Assembly (NCBI RefSeq): GCF_018398935.1 | Contig: NZ_CP074694.1 | Span: forward strand, 1,500,001 to 1,532,000 | DNA length: 32,000 bases | Source of the DNA: Telmatocola sphagniphila | GTDB lineage: Bacteria > Planctomycetota > Planctomycetia > Gemmatales > Gemmataceae | Direction: 5' to 3' | Shown here: positions 8,123-16,466 of the stretch, in pieces | Layout: each line of letters begins with the position of its first letter | Numbering within the stretch: the stretch's first letter is position 1 | Notes under the pieces: generated by a model | The model's input: the letters and a program-made list of their open reading frames with translations, nothing else | Database searches by the model: none | What the model was told of the DNA's origin: nothing | Position numbers and translations under genes: made by a program

Positions 8123-8303
8123 GATCTGTTGCTCCAAATGGAGATTGGAAGGAGGCAATTACAGTTATTTTATGAATCCCGGTCGTCTAGTCAGAACTGC
8201 GGGAAAAAGAAGCTTGGTGAATTGCTCGCTCTTGAGTTAAGCTATCTATCCGCGAATTGGAGACCTTTTGCATGGCGATCTCCCGCTATTCGAGAACATT
8301 TTC
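8123..8303. promoter_or_regulatory. Divergent intergenic region (esterase <- | -> four-module redox protein)
   Basis: The genes diverge, so each needs its own promoter here. No consensus boxes recognised. Confidence 0.35.
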
Positions 8304-11300
8304 ATGGCGAAATATTTCCTGGCGCTCTGTTGTCTGACGTTCCTTTCCCTTCCGGTCTGGTCTCAGGGCTACCAACCGGAAGAAGCTCTTCGGAAAATGG
8401 AATCACCCAAAGGATTCCAGATTCAACTCGTTGCCTCGGAACCCCTGATTCGTCAGCCTCTGTCCATCAGTTTTGACGAGCGGGGACGACTCTGGGTGCT
8501 GCAGTATCTGCAGTATCCCACCCCAGCCGGCTTGAAGGCCGTGCAGCGGGACGAGTATCTACGGACGGTATGGGATAAAGTCCCTGAGCCGCCGCCATTT
8601 GGTCCAAAGGGTATCGACCGGATAACCATTCTTTCGGAGCCAAATTCTCAAGGCGAATTCACCAAATCGAAGGATTTTCTGAGTGATCTGAATATCTGCA
8701 GCGGGTTCTGTCTGGGAACCGGAGGTGTCTATGTATTGCAATCCCCGTATCTCCTTTTCTATCCCGATAAAAATCGGGACGATGTGCCGGATGGCCCGCC
8801 CGAAGTCTTACTCAAAGGCTTCGGTATGGAAGACACTCACTCGTTGGCTAATAACCTGCAATGGGGACCCGATGGTTGGCTCTACGGTGCGGCCGGGAGC
8901 ACCAGTACGAGTCGAGTTATCAATCCCGCTCGAACCGACTCCCCGGCTATCGAATTTCAACAAGGTATTTGGCGTTATCATCCGCGGAAAAAAATCTTTG
9001 AACTGTTTACGGAAGGCGGCGGCAACATCTGGGGACTCGATTTCGACAAGTATGGGGAGTGTATTGCTGGTACAAATTATGGCGGCAAAGCCATGATGCA
9101 TATGATTCCCGGCGCCTATTACGTAAAGAGCTTTTCCAAACATGGCGAATTGCACAACCCTTTTGCCTACGGTTATTTCGATCACGTCCCGTATCAGGAC
9201 TTTCAGGGAGGACATGTCACCAACGGCGGTCGAATCTATCAGGCGGAGCGTTACCCGCAGGAATTCCGCGATACTTACATGGCGGGTAATCTGCTGTCCA
9301 ATGTGGTTAATTGGCACGTAATGTCATCGGACGGCTCTTCATTTAAAGCCCGTCATGGCGGAACGCTCCTGAAAGCGAATGATTCGTGGTTCCGACCCGT
9401 CGATTGCCGTCTGGGACCGGATGGCTGTCTTTACGTGGCCGACTGGTACGACAAACGCGCCTCCCATCTCGATCCCATCGACAATTGGGACAAAACCAAC
9501 GGCCGAATCTATCGGGTCTTTTATCCAGGTTCTGAGCCGAAGCCCTTCGATCTCAGCAAATTAAAGTCTCAAGAACTCGTCGAACTTCTGGAAAATCCTA
9601 ATAAGTGGTACCGAATTGAAGCGAAGCGGATTCTCGCTGAGCGGCAGGATCGATCGGTTCTTCCTAGGCTCAAAACTCTGGCTCTTGGATCGGAAGATTG
9701 GAAAAGTCTGGAATCACTCTGGATGGCTTTTCAATTAGGTGGGTTCGAGGATCCGAGTTGGGTTGCTCAACTGCTGGGATCGGCCGATCCGCATATTCGG
9801 GCCTGGACTATCCGGCTCGCTGGCGAGCAAACTAATTTGGAACGAACGACCGATCTTAGACAAATCGCCGAGAAGCTTTCGAGTACGGAATCGAATCCGA
9901 TTGTCCGGGTACAGATGCTGCAAACACCAAACGGTCTCGACTTTGATATCGTTAGAATGCTTAAAAGTGAGCGGGACCAGAAAGATCCGTTCTTGCCCCT
10001 GCTTTACTGGTGGCGATACGATCGGCTGACCAACGATATTGCCGTCGATACTTCGTCGGATTTGGAGAGCCTGTCCAAATTTCTGGTTTGGGAAAGTCAA
10101 ATATTTCGGGATGTGATACTCCCCCGCCTGGCGCGTAAGTTTTTGTTTTTAGCAGCTTCCAGCGAGCGGAAACTCAAAATCGGCATCTGGTTATTGAAGA
10201 AAGCGCCGGATGCGGCAGCTATTCGAGCAATCCTGTCGGGGTTCGATCAAGCAATTATCAATGAGGCGAATAACTCTCAATTGAATCTGGCCTCAGCACT
10301 CAAAGTACTTTCGAAAAATAATCTTTACGATGAATTACTCTCTCGATTATTAATTAAGTTGCGAGACGAACAAGCGATTTCAGATTTAATGGTAAAGCTT
10401 CGTGCACCTGAAACAAAGGAATCAGACCGTTTGAAGTTTATAAAACTGCTTTCTCTCGTTCGAGATAAAAGGATTGGAGAGGTCATCTATAGCGAATTTT
10501 TAAAAGCCAAATCTGAAGGATATAGAGTCGCTACGTTACAGGCTTTGCAGAAGCAGCAAAATCCTTCGTTCAATTCCATGTTAGTAGAAATGTTCCCAAA
10601 ATCTCAGGGAAGCATACGTTCGGTCTTGAAAGGGATGCTTCTGGCACGGGAGGATACAGCGCTCCAACTTCTAGTGAAAGTGGATTCTGGGGAGTTGAAA
10701 GCGACGGAGTTCCCGATGGAACTCGTTAAGAACTGCGCTTTGTTTCATAGCAAGAAAGTGGACGAGATAATTCTGAAGCATTGGGGTAGGATCGTCCCGC
10801 AATCGGCTGGCGAAAAGATCGCACGGATTCGATCTTTAAGTGCTGCGATTCGCAAGACCGCCGGAAATCCAATGCATGGCAAAGAACTGTTCACCAAAAC
10901 CTGTTCGACCTGCCACCAAATCTTTGGGGAAGGTGGTAAAGTCGGACCCGATCTGACAAGCGCGGATCGAAAAAATCTCGATTATATGCTCACGCAAATC
11001 ATCGATCCTTCTGCATACATTCGACCGGAGTACATCTCGCATACCGCTAAATTGAGTAGTGGTCAGGTACTGACAGGTCTGATTAAAGATCCTTCCCCGG
11101 AAAGGATTACCCTGCAGAATATTCGAGATAATCAGGTCCTAGAAACAGTTATATCCCGATCGGATATAGAAGAGCTTTCTCCCTCTTCCGTGTCTTTGAT
11201 GCCGGAAAAATTATTGGATACATTTTCGGAACAGGATGCCGCGGATTTGCTGGCCTACCTGCAGAGCACTCCTCCCGCCAAAGCGAATACCAAAAAGCTC

Positions 11301-11930
11301 AAGATTCTCCTGATATCTGGATCTTTAGAGTATAAGTCGGATGAATCTCTCGTCGAATTTAAAAAGATAGTCGAGAAAGAGTATCCCTGGGAATGCACCT
11401 TAGCAATTCGAAAAACCGATAGTGAGATTCTGAATTTAAAATTCCTCAAGGACTGCGATCTGGCTATCTTCTTCACTCGCCGATTAACTGTGGAGGGAGA
11501 GCAACTTCAACTGGTTAAGGACTACCTGAAATCGAATAAACCGCTCATTGGCATTCGTACCGCCAGCCACGGATTTCAGAACTACCTTCAGATGGACAAG
11601 GAAATTTTGGGAGGAGATTATCAGGGTCACTATGGTGCAGGGCCTAAGTGTGAAGTACAGATTACGGAAAAGGGTAAATCTCATCCCATTCTACTGAAGG
11701 TACAGCCGTTCAGTTCGCCTGGGAGTCTGTACAAAAATCCGACTCCGGCGAAAGATATTCAGGTACTCCTCACGGGATCGATTCCAGATCATAAAGAACC
11801 AGTTGCCTGGATTCGAGAAGTGAATCAGAGACGCCTCTTTTACACATCTCTGGGGCATCCTTCAGATTTTCAAAATCCGAATTTTCGCCGTATGCTGACC
11901 AATGCGATTCTTTGGGTCACGGAAAAGTAA
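8304..11930 (+). CDS. PVC-type 'membrane-bound dehydrogenase domain' protein: beta-propeller + HEAT repeats + c-type haem domain + C-terminal ThuA-like domain
   Basis: Start moved to ATG 8304, giving signal peptide MAKYFLALCCLTFLSLPVWSQG. The N-terminal part (FQIQLVASEPLIRQPLSISFDERGRLWVLQY...GPDGWLYGAAG...GPDGCLYVADWYD...NGRIYRV) resembles the Pirellula/Verrucomicrobium dehydrogenase domain (TIGR02604-like). The middle part is helical/HEAT-like. GKELFTKTCSTCHQIFGEGGKVGPDLT is a CxxCH haem domain (TIGR02603-like). The C-terminus (KILLISGS...EPVAWIREVNQRRLFYTSLGHPSDFQNPNFRRMLTNAILWV) is ThuA-like. Confidence 0.85.
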   Translation: MAKYFLALCCLTFLSLPVWSQGYQPEEALRKMESPKGFQIQLVASEPLIRQPLSISFDERGRLWVLQYLQYPTPAGLKAVQRDEYLRTVWDKVPEPPPFGPKGIDRITILSEPNSQGEFTKSKDFLSDLNICSGFCLGTGGVYVLQSPYLLFYPDKNRDDVPDGPPEVLLKGFGMEDTHSLANNLQWGPDGWLYGAAGSTSTSRVINPARTDSPAIEFQQGIWRYHPRKKIFELFTEGGGNIWGLDFDKYGECIAGTNYGGKAMMHMIPGAYYVKSFSKHGELHNPFAYGYFDHVPYQDFQGGHVTNGGRIYQAERYPQEFRDTYMAGNLLSNVVNWHVMSSDGSSFKARHGGTLLKANDSWFRPVDCRLGPDGCLYVADWYDKRASHLDPIDNWDKTNGRIYRVFYPGSEPKPFDLSKLKSQELVELLENPNKWYRIEAKRILAERQDRSVLPRLKTLALGSEDWKSLESLWMAFQLGGFEDPSWVAQLLGSADPHIRAWTIRLAGEQTNLERTTDLRQIAEKLSSTESNPIVRVQMLQTPNGLDFDIVRMLKSERDQKDPFLPLLYWWRYDRLTNDIAVDTSSDLESLSKFLVWESQIFRDVILPRLARKFLFLAASSERKLKIGIWLLKKAPDAAAIRAILSGFDQAIINEANNSQLNLASALKVLSKNNLYDELLSRLLIKLRDEQAISDLMVKLRAPETKESDRLKFIKLLSLVRDKRIGEVIYSEFLKAKSEGYRVATLQALQKQQNPSFNSMLVEMFPKSQGSIRSVLKGMLLAREDTALQLLVKVDSGELKATEFPMELVKNCALFHSKKVDEIILKHWGRIVPQSAGEKIARIRSLSAAIRKTAGNPMHGKELFTKTCSTCHQIFGEGGKVGPDLTSADRKNLDYMLTQIIDPSAYIRPEYISHTAKLSSGQVLTGLIKDPSPERITLQNIRDNQVLETVISRSDIEELSPSSVSLMPEKLLDTFSEQDAADLLAYLQSTPPAKANTKKLKILLISGSLEYKSDESLVEFKKIVEKEYPWECTLAIRKTDSEILNLKFLKDCDLAIFFTRRLTVEGEQLQLVKDYLKSNKPLIGIRTASHGFQNYLQMDKEILGGDYQGHYGAGPKCEVQITEKGKSHPILLKVQPFSSPGSLYKNPTPAKDIQVLLTGSIPDHKEPVAWIREVNQRRLFYTSLGHPSDFQNPNFRRMLTNAILWVTEK
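10902..10916 (+). other. Haem c attachment motif CSTCH
   Basis: tgt tcg acc tgc cac, in frame with the 8304 CDS: (10902-8268) is divisible by 3. Confidence 0.85.
11292..11927 (+). other. ThuA-like (class-I glutamine-amidotransferase-like fold) C-terminal domain
   Basis: KKLKILLISGSLEYKSDESL ... PLIGIRTASHGF ... VAWIREVNQRRLFYTSLGHPSDF. Recognised by eye only. Confidence 0.65.
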
Positions 11931-11941
11931 TTCGGCGACCT

Positions 11942-14206
11942 TCACTGGGGATAATGGAGGTGCTTGCGAAGAAATTCGAAAGTCCGCACGCCATGAATTT
12001 GGTGGCCCCCGGGGAAGAATTCGATCTGCGTATTATCGGAAATTTTGAGTTTATTTGCATAGAGATAGCGTACCTTGGCATATTCGTACGCGATCATCGG
12101 GTCGATGCCGACGCCATCATCGTGACCGCGTTCGACCATAAAAGGCCGGGGTGCAATCAGATTTGCCATCTCCGCGTAATTGAACTTGTTGCCCATGTTG
12201 AATTCGAGCATGTCGTACTCGTTTGTGAACATGTAACTCATGGGAAGGTCGGTCGAAACGATCTTGCCGATCCACTCATTGAAATCGCCGGAACAAATCG
12301 AAAGGCAATAACGCTTCTCAACGGCCGGGACCCTCATCGCGGTTTTGCCGCCATAACTGAGTCCGTAAAAAGCAATTCGCCTGGGATCAACGTTCGGGAG
12401 GGTTTCCAACCAGTCGATCGTTCGCGAGTGCTGTTCGATGATAAAGCTGAACAGAGAGAGCTTCAGAGGATTGGCTTTTCTTAGGAGCTGACGGAAATCG
12501 TCCTCAAAGATATAAGGATTTTGCGGGCAATAGACGATATAGCCTTGTTCCACCAATTTGGCGGCAAACTGATTGTAAATGACCCGCTTTTCCTTTTCGA
12601 TACAGGAGCTCGCTCGACCATTCAGCCCGTGCTGACAAACCACCACGGGTCGTCGCTCATCTTTTTTGAGATTCTTGGGTAATAGCAAGATACCGTTCGC
12701 GATGATCTCCGGGCAGACGTCGAGTACGATCTCGTAGCCGCTATAGCCGGGAGTGTCGTAACTTTTCCGGCTGCGCGGGTTCAATGGAACTTTAGGTTCC
12801 CGTAATTTTCCGATTGTCTCCTCATGAAAATATTTGCGATAGCTTTCACAGCTTTTTTCCCAGGCCTCCGGAGAACTTGCGTCGGCCGCTTTCCAGTAAT
12901 CCTGCCGAACGGGTTCCGAGTTTCTCCAAAGTTGCTGAACGAATGAAACCATCTGGTCGAATTGTCGCCGGGCACGATCCGCTGTTTCCTGTTCACGGAG
13001 CTTTGGGGAGCGATGATCGGAAAGAGATTCTGAAGCCTCTATCCAGGGAGAATCGCTCACACCGCTTTTCAATTTCCGGAGCAGCGGAATCCAGTCCGCA
13101 ACCTCCGAACTTTTGCGAGGGGTCTTCAGAAGAGTACCGAGGTAAGCTCCCCAGATGGGATCTTTGGTTTGATTTTTTACGGTTTCGATAAGCCGCAGAC
13201 TCTCTATCGGGGTTCGGTATTTACTGGGAGGAGAAGCTCCATTTCGTCCCGCACGAGCCGCTGGAAATTGAAAAGTCCGATCAGGCGCATTTCCAAAAAC
13301 AATCTGTTTTGGGAGCAATTTCGAAACAGAACCGAGATAGCTTCCGGAATCCCAGAAGTTGAGATCGAGTGGAGCATTTTCTGACAAACCGCCTTGGATT
13401 CCAACCATCTGAATCCTCGGATCAATCGAGGCCGAATATTGGGCAATCAGTCCGCCGATCCCGGTTCCTACCACAATAATTGGGACTTTCTCGGGCTGGA
13501 TCGCGAACCAGTCTGCTCCTGCGAGGCATTTTTGAATTTCAAATCCAAGTGTGGTTCTTCCCATCTCGTAGCTCATCCGGTGAATGAATTCCCGATGAGA
13601 TTGGTTGGTCCAGCGATTCAGCCGGGCATTCCCCGAAAAGTCGTCGTGGGTGTCGATTAAATAGGGAACCAGAACGCGAAAGTTATTCTCCGCGAGACGT
13701 AGAGCAAAAGGAACCTCGGATTTTGAACTCCCATTCAGACCAGCGATCTGCTCGGGGGAATCTTCGGTGTGCCCTATCGCTATAGCATCAGCAATGATCG
13801 TTTTTTTTGGCTGGAGTAACAATCCTTCGGCATCGATTCCCGATAGGACGGCCCAGCGAACGCGATAAATCCGCACCCTTTCCGACTCGGCTATCAGCTC
13901 CGGAGCATTTGGGCCGACTATATATTCCAAAAGCGGCGGCCGACGCGAGTCGACAACTCCCAGGATTTTCTTCAATTCCTGACGCTGGAGTTCCAGTGAA
14001 CGGCGCAAGGATTCCGGGTTCGAACTATCGAAATGCCAGTCCCTCTGTCGCTCCAGAATCAACTTCCCCGAATATTTATCCAGATAAGAGTGGATTCCAT
14101 CGACCATCACACGGGCCAAATCTCGCGATTCCGTGAGTAACTGGGTATTAGGTAGGGCCTCCGCTGGTTTAAATAAAAGTAGAGTACTCAGAAGAAGGGA
14201 GAGCAT
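11942..14206 (-). CDS. Secreted tandem alpha/beta-hydrolase (S9-peptidase / dienelactone-hydrolase / AXE1-like fold)
   Basis: ATG 14206 has AAGGAG 9 nt upstream, and the signal-like N-terminus is MLSLLLSTLLLFKPAEA. The C-terminal half carries the nucleophile elbow YGLSYGGKTA (nt 12347-12364), plus ERGHDDGVG Asp and FFPGGHQIHG His. The N-terminal half is a degenerate copy of the same fold. Confidence 0.75.
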   Translation of the reverse strand: MLSLLLSTLLLFKPAEALPNTQLLTESRDLARVMVDGIHSYLDKYSGKLILERQRDWHFDSSNPESLRRSLELQRQELKKILGVVDSRRPPLLEYIVGPNAPELIAESERVRIYRVRWAVLSGIDAEGLLLQPKKTIIADAIAIGHTEDSPEQIAGLNGSSKSEVPFALRLAENNFRVLVPYLIDTHDDFSGNARLNRWTNQSHREFIHRMSYEMGRTTLGFEIQKCLAGADWFAIQPEKVPIIVVGTGIGGLIAQYSASIDPRIQMVGIQGGLSENAPLDLNFWDSGSYLGSVSKLLPKQIVFGNAPDRTFQFPAARAGRNGASPPSKYRTPIESLRLIETVKNQTKDPIWGAYLGTLLKTPRKSSEVADWIPLLRKLKSGVSDSPWIEASESLSDHRSPKLREQETADRARRQFDQMVSFVQQLWRNSEPVRQDYWKAADASSPEAWEKSCESYRKYFHEETIGKLREPKVPLNPRSRKSYDTPGYSGYEIVLDVCPEIIANGILLLPKNLKKDERRPVVVCQHGLNGRASSCIEKEKRVIYNQFAAKLVEQGYIVYCPQNPYIFEDDFRQLLRKANPLKLSLFSFIIEQHSRTIDWLETLPNVDPRRIAFYGLSYGGKTAMRVPAVEKRYCLSICSGDFNEWIGKIVSTDLPMSYMFTNEYDMLEFNMGNKFNYAEMANLIAPRPFMVERGHDDGVGIDPMIAYEYAKVRYLYANKLKISDNTQIEFFPGGHQIHGVRTFEFLRKHLHYPQ

Positions 14207-14402
14207 GAAAAGGAGCTCCTTGTAGGTCGGTATGCTGGGATTCTATTCTGATCAGCTTCCGAGACTAATGAAGCTTAGTCATTTTGCAGAGGGGATTTGA
14301 AAAAAATGGCAGTGCCGGAATTCCATACCATAGGTGAAGTTGAGTGGACTGGCTTAAAAGCGTGCAGTTCAAGTCGATAGGGACCTGCGGGTATCAAAAA
14401 CG
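14207..14402. promoter_or_regulatory. Divergent intergenic region (tandem hydrolase <- | -> CrtI-like oxidoreductase)
   Basis: The genes diverge. The region contains the 12-bp palindrome AAGGAGCTCCTT (14210-14221), which covers the hydrolase SD, and a small inverted repeat GACTAA-N6-TTAGTC (14263-14280). Confidence 0.35.
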
Positions 14403-15821
14403 ATGAGTGAGCAAACCGACGCGATAGTTGTAGGCTCCGGACCTAACGGTTTGTCCGCGGCAATAGTACTTGCGAAGGCCGGCTTATCTGTTTTGCTGGT
14501 CGAAGGGGCCCCGAATTTGGGAGGTTCGGTTCGTTCCGCAAATCTAACGCTTCCCGGTTTTCTTCACGACGTCTGCTCGGCCGTCTATCCGATGGGCATC
14601 GCCTCACCGTACTGGAAACAACTTCCTCTTCAGGAGCATGGACTCGAATGGATTCAGCCACACTATCCCTTTGCTCATCCACTCGATAACGGCACTGCGG
14701 TAATCCAGGAAAGATCCATTGAAGGGACAGCGGAGAGATTGGGTGAAGATTCCCGGAGCTACCTCAAGCTCATGCAACCTCTGGTAAGAAAATCGGAGAT
14801 CCTGTTCAAAGAACTCGTCGGCCCCTTTCGTATCCCTCGTCATTCTTTGACTGCAATGAAGTTCGGGCTTCCCGCATTGAGATCGGGAGCTGGCTTGGCT
14901 CGGTTTTACTTCAAGGAGACGCCAGCCCAAGCGTTATGGTCCGGGTTGGCGGCCCATGCTGTCCTCCCGTTAGAAATGAGGCCTGGTTCGGCAATAGCCC
15001 TGATGCTCGGAATCGCCGGGCATGCGGTGGGTTGGCCGATAGTAAAAGGGGGATCCCGAAATTTAACCGAGGCCTTAGCGTCCTACTTCCGGTTTCTGGG
15101 AGGCAAAATTGAAACGGATCGATACGTAAAATCTTACTCTGAAGTGCGAGGTTATCGCCTGGCCTTATTCGATGTCGGGCCGCATCAGTTAGAAAAAATT
15201 CTAGGAGAGCACTGCCCTCCTCGATATGCCCGGACACTCAAAAAATATCGCTACGGTCCAGGGGTTTGCAAAGTGGATTGGGCCCTTTCCGCCCCAATTC
15301 CTTGGAAGGCCGCGGAATGCCGGGTGGCCGGAACTATTCATGTGGGTGGAACGCTAGAAGAGGTGTGCCTTTCAGAATCGGAGGCTTGGAAAGGCGTGCA
15401 CTCGGAAAGACCTTTCGTGATGCTTGGTCAACCCACGATTAACGACCCGAATCGAGCGCCGTCCGGTCAGCATACAGCCTGGGGTTACTGTCATGTCCCG
15501 AATGGCTCTTCAGTGGATATGACGGAACGGATTGAATCTCAAGTCGAGCGATTTGCACCGGGCTTTCGGGAGACAATTCTGGCTCGATACACTCGAATCT
15601 CTTCTAGCTGGGATAGCTACAATCCTAATCTCGTCGGGGGTGATATCGTCGGCGGAGTGGCCGATCTGTATCAGCTTTTTGCTCGCCCGGCACTTCGTTG
15701 GAATCCGTATTCGACTCCCCTCCCTGGGGTATTTATCTGTTCCGCCTCGAGTCCCCCGGGAGCAGGTGTACATGGCCTATGCGGCTATTATGCCGCTCAC
15801 TCGGCCCTGAAGTCGTTGTAA
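14403..15821 (+). CDS. FAD/NAD(P)-dependent oxidoreductase, phytoene-desaturase (CrtI)-related family
   Basis: N-terminal Rossmann motif DAIVVGSGPNGLSAAIVLAKAGLSVLLVEG..NLGG. The ~470-aa length and C-terminal GVFICSASSPPGAGVHG are typical of COG1233-type enzymes. The substrate is unknown. Confidence 0.8.
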   Translation: MSEQTDAIVVGSGPNGLSAAIVLAKAGLSVLLVEGAPNLGGSVRSANLTLPGFLHDVCSAVYPMGIASPYWKQLPLQEHGLEWIQPHYPFAHPLDNGTAVIQERSIEGTAERLGEDSRSYLKLMQPLVRKSEILFKELVGPFRIPRHSLTAMKFGLPALRSGAGLARFYFKETPAQALWSGLAAHAVLPLEMRPGSAIALMLGIAGHAVGWPIVKGGSRNLTEALASYFRFLGGKIETDRYVKSYSEVRGYRLALFDVGPHQLEKILGEHCPPRYARTLKKYRYGPGVCKVDWALSAPIPWKAAECRVAGTIHVGGTLEEVCLSESEAWKGVHSERPFVMLGQPTINDPNRAPSGQHTAWGYCHVPNGSSVDMTERIESQVERFAPGFRETILARYTRISSSWDSYNPNLVGGDIVGGVADLYQLFARPALRWNPYSTPLPGVFICSASSPPGAGVHGLCGYYAAHSALKSL

Positions 15822-15831
15822 TTTAGGACCT

Positions 15832-16320
15832 TCACTGCTTAGCCGGGACCCGTTTGAGAACGAAAGCATAATCGGTTTTGAGCACCGGTCTATCCGGAAT
15901 AGATGGTTTGGAATCTTCGCTTTTGCCGGTTTCTTTGGGCCTAGCTGGAATAATGGAAATTGCCAGGAAATCCTTGGTGGCGACATAAGATCCTCTTTTG
16001 GAGTGCTCGTCAAATTTGGCATCTTTCACATCCGATTTTGAGGCGTCCGGCAATTCCCAAATTTCGACCGTTTGGTCCGCGCCAAACTTAATTCGCAAAG
16101 TCATAAAACTGGTTTTGACATCCATCGGCGTAATTACATTGCTTATGATCGAAACCTTTCTTCCCACGCTCTGGACATTCGGACTGCCTTGCCTTTCAAA
16201 ACTTTCGATCGTCCAGATCCCATCCAAAGTGGCGACCATGTTCTGCATTGCATCGGGTACTACCGGCGCAGGTGTCTGAGTCATAGTCAGTAGATGCAAC
16301 GCGATGATGAAGCCAAGCAT
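15832..16320 (-). CDS. Hypothetical secreted protein, possibly a TIGR03067-like (planctomycete lipocalin-like) domain
   Basis: I place the start at ATG 16320, with GAGGG 8 nt upstream, giving the signal-like MLGFIIALHLLTMTQTPAPV. LDGIWTIESFERQG...DYAFVLKR loosely resembles the TIGR03067 pattern. This is a weak call. Confidence 0.5.
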   Translation of the reverse strand: MLGFIIALHLLTMTQTPAPVVPDAMQNMVATLDGIWTIESFERQGSPNVQSVGRKVSIISNVITPMDVKTSFMTLRIKFGADQTVEIWELPDASKSDVKDAKFDEHSKRGSYVATKDFLAISIIPARPKETGKSEDSKPSIPDRPVLKTDYAFVLKRVPAKQ

Positions 16321-16466
16321 GGGAAAACCCTCTAAGGCCAAATGGACTCGTGTTTCGAATATTAGGAAACGGCAAAGTAAAACACGCAAATAGCATACCG
16401 GCACTGTAGAATTTGTAAGCGATCGGCGTTTGAGGAGTGATACTCCTAGCCGTGGAAATAGAGTTA
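16321..16466. promoter_or_regulatory. Divergent intergenic region
   Basis: Inferred from the gene arrangement only. Confidence 0.3.

Noticed and set aside
14263-14280. Inverted repeat GACTAA-N6-TTAGTC in the divergent spacer
   Set aside because: The arms are only 6 bp and are not repeated elsewhere in the window, which is too weak to call an operator.
14306-14380. 24-codon ATG ORF (MAVPEFHTIGEVEWTGLKACSSSR) upstream of the CrtI-like gene, a possible leader peptide
   Set aside because: There is no convincing SD at proper spacing and no attenuator-like structure. Short ORFs of this size are expected by chance in a 196-bp spacer.
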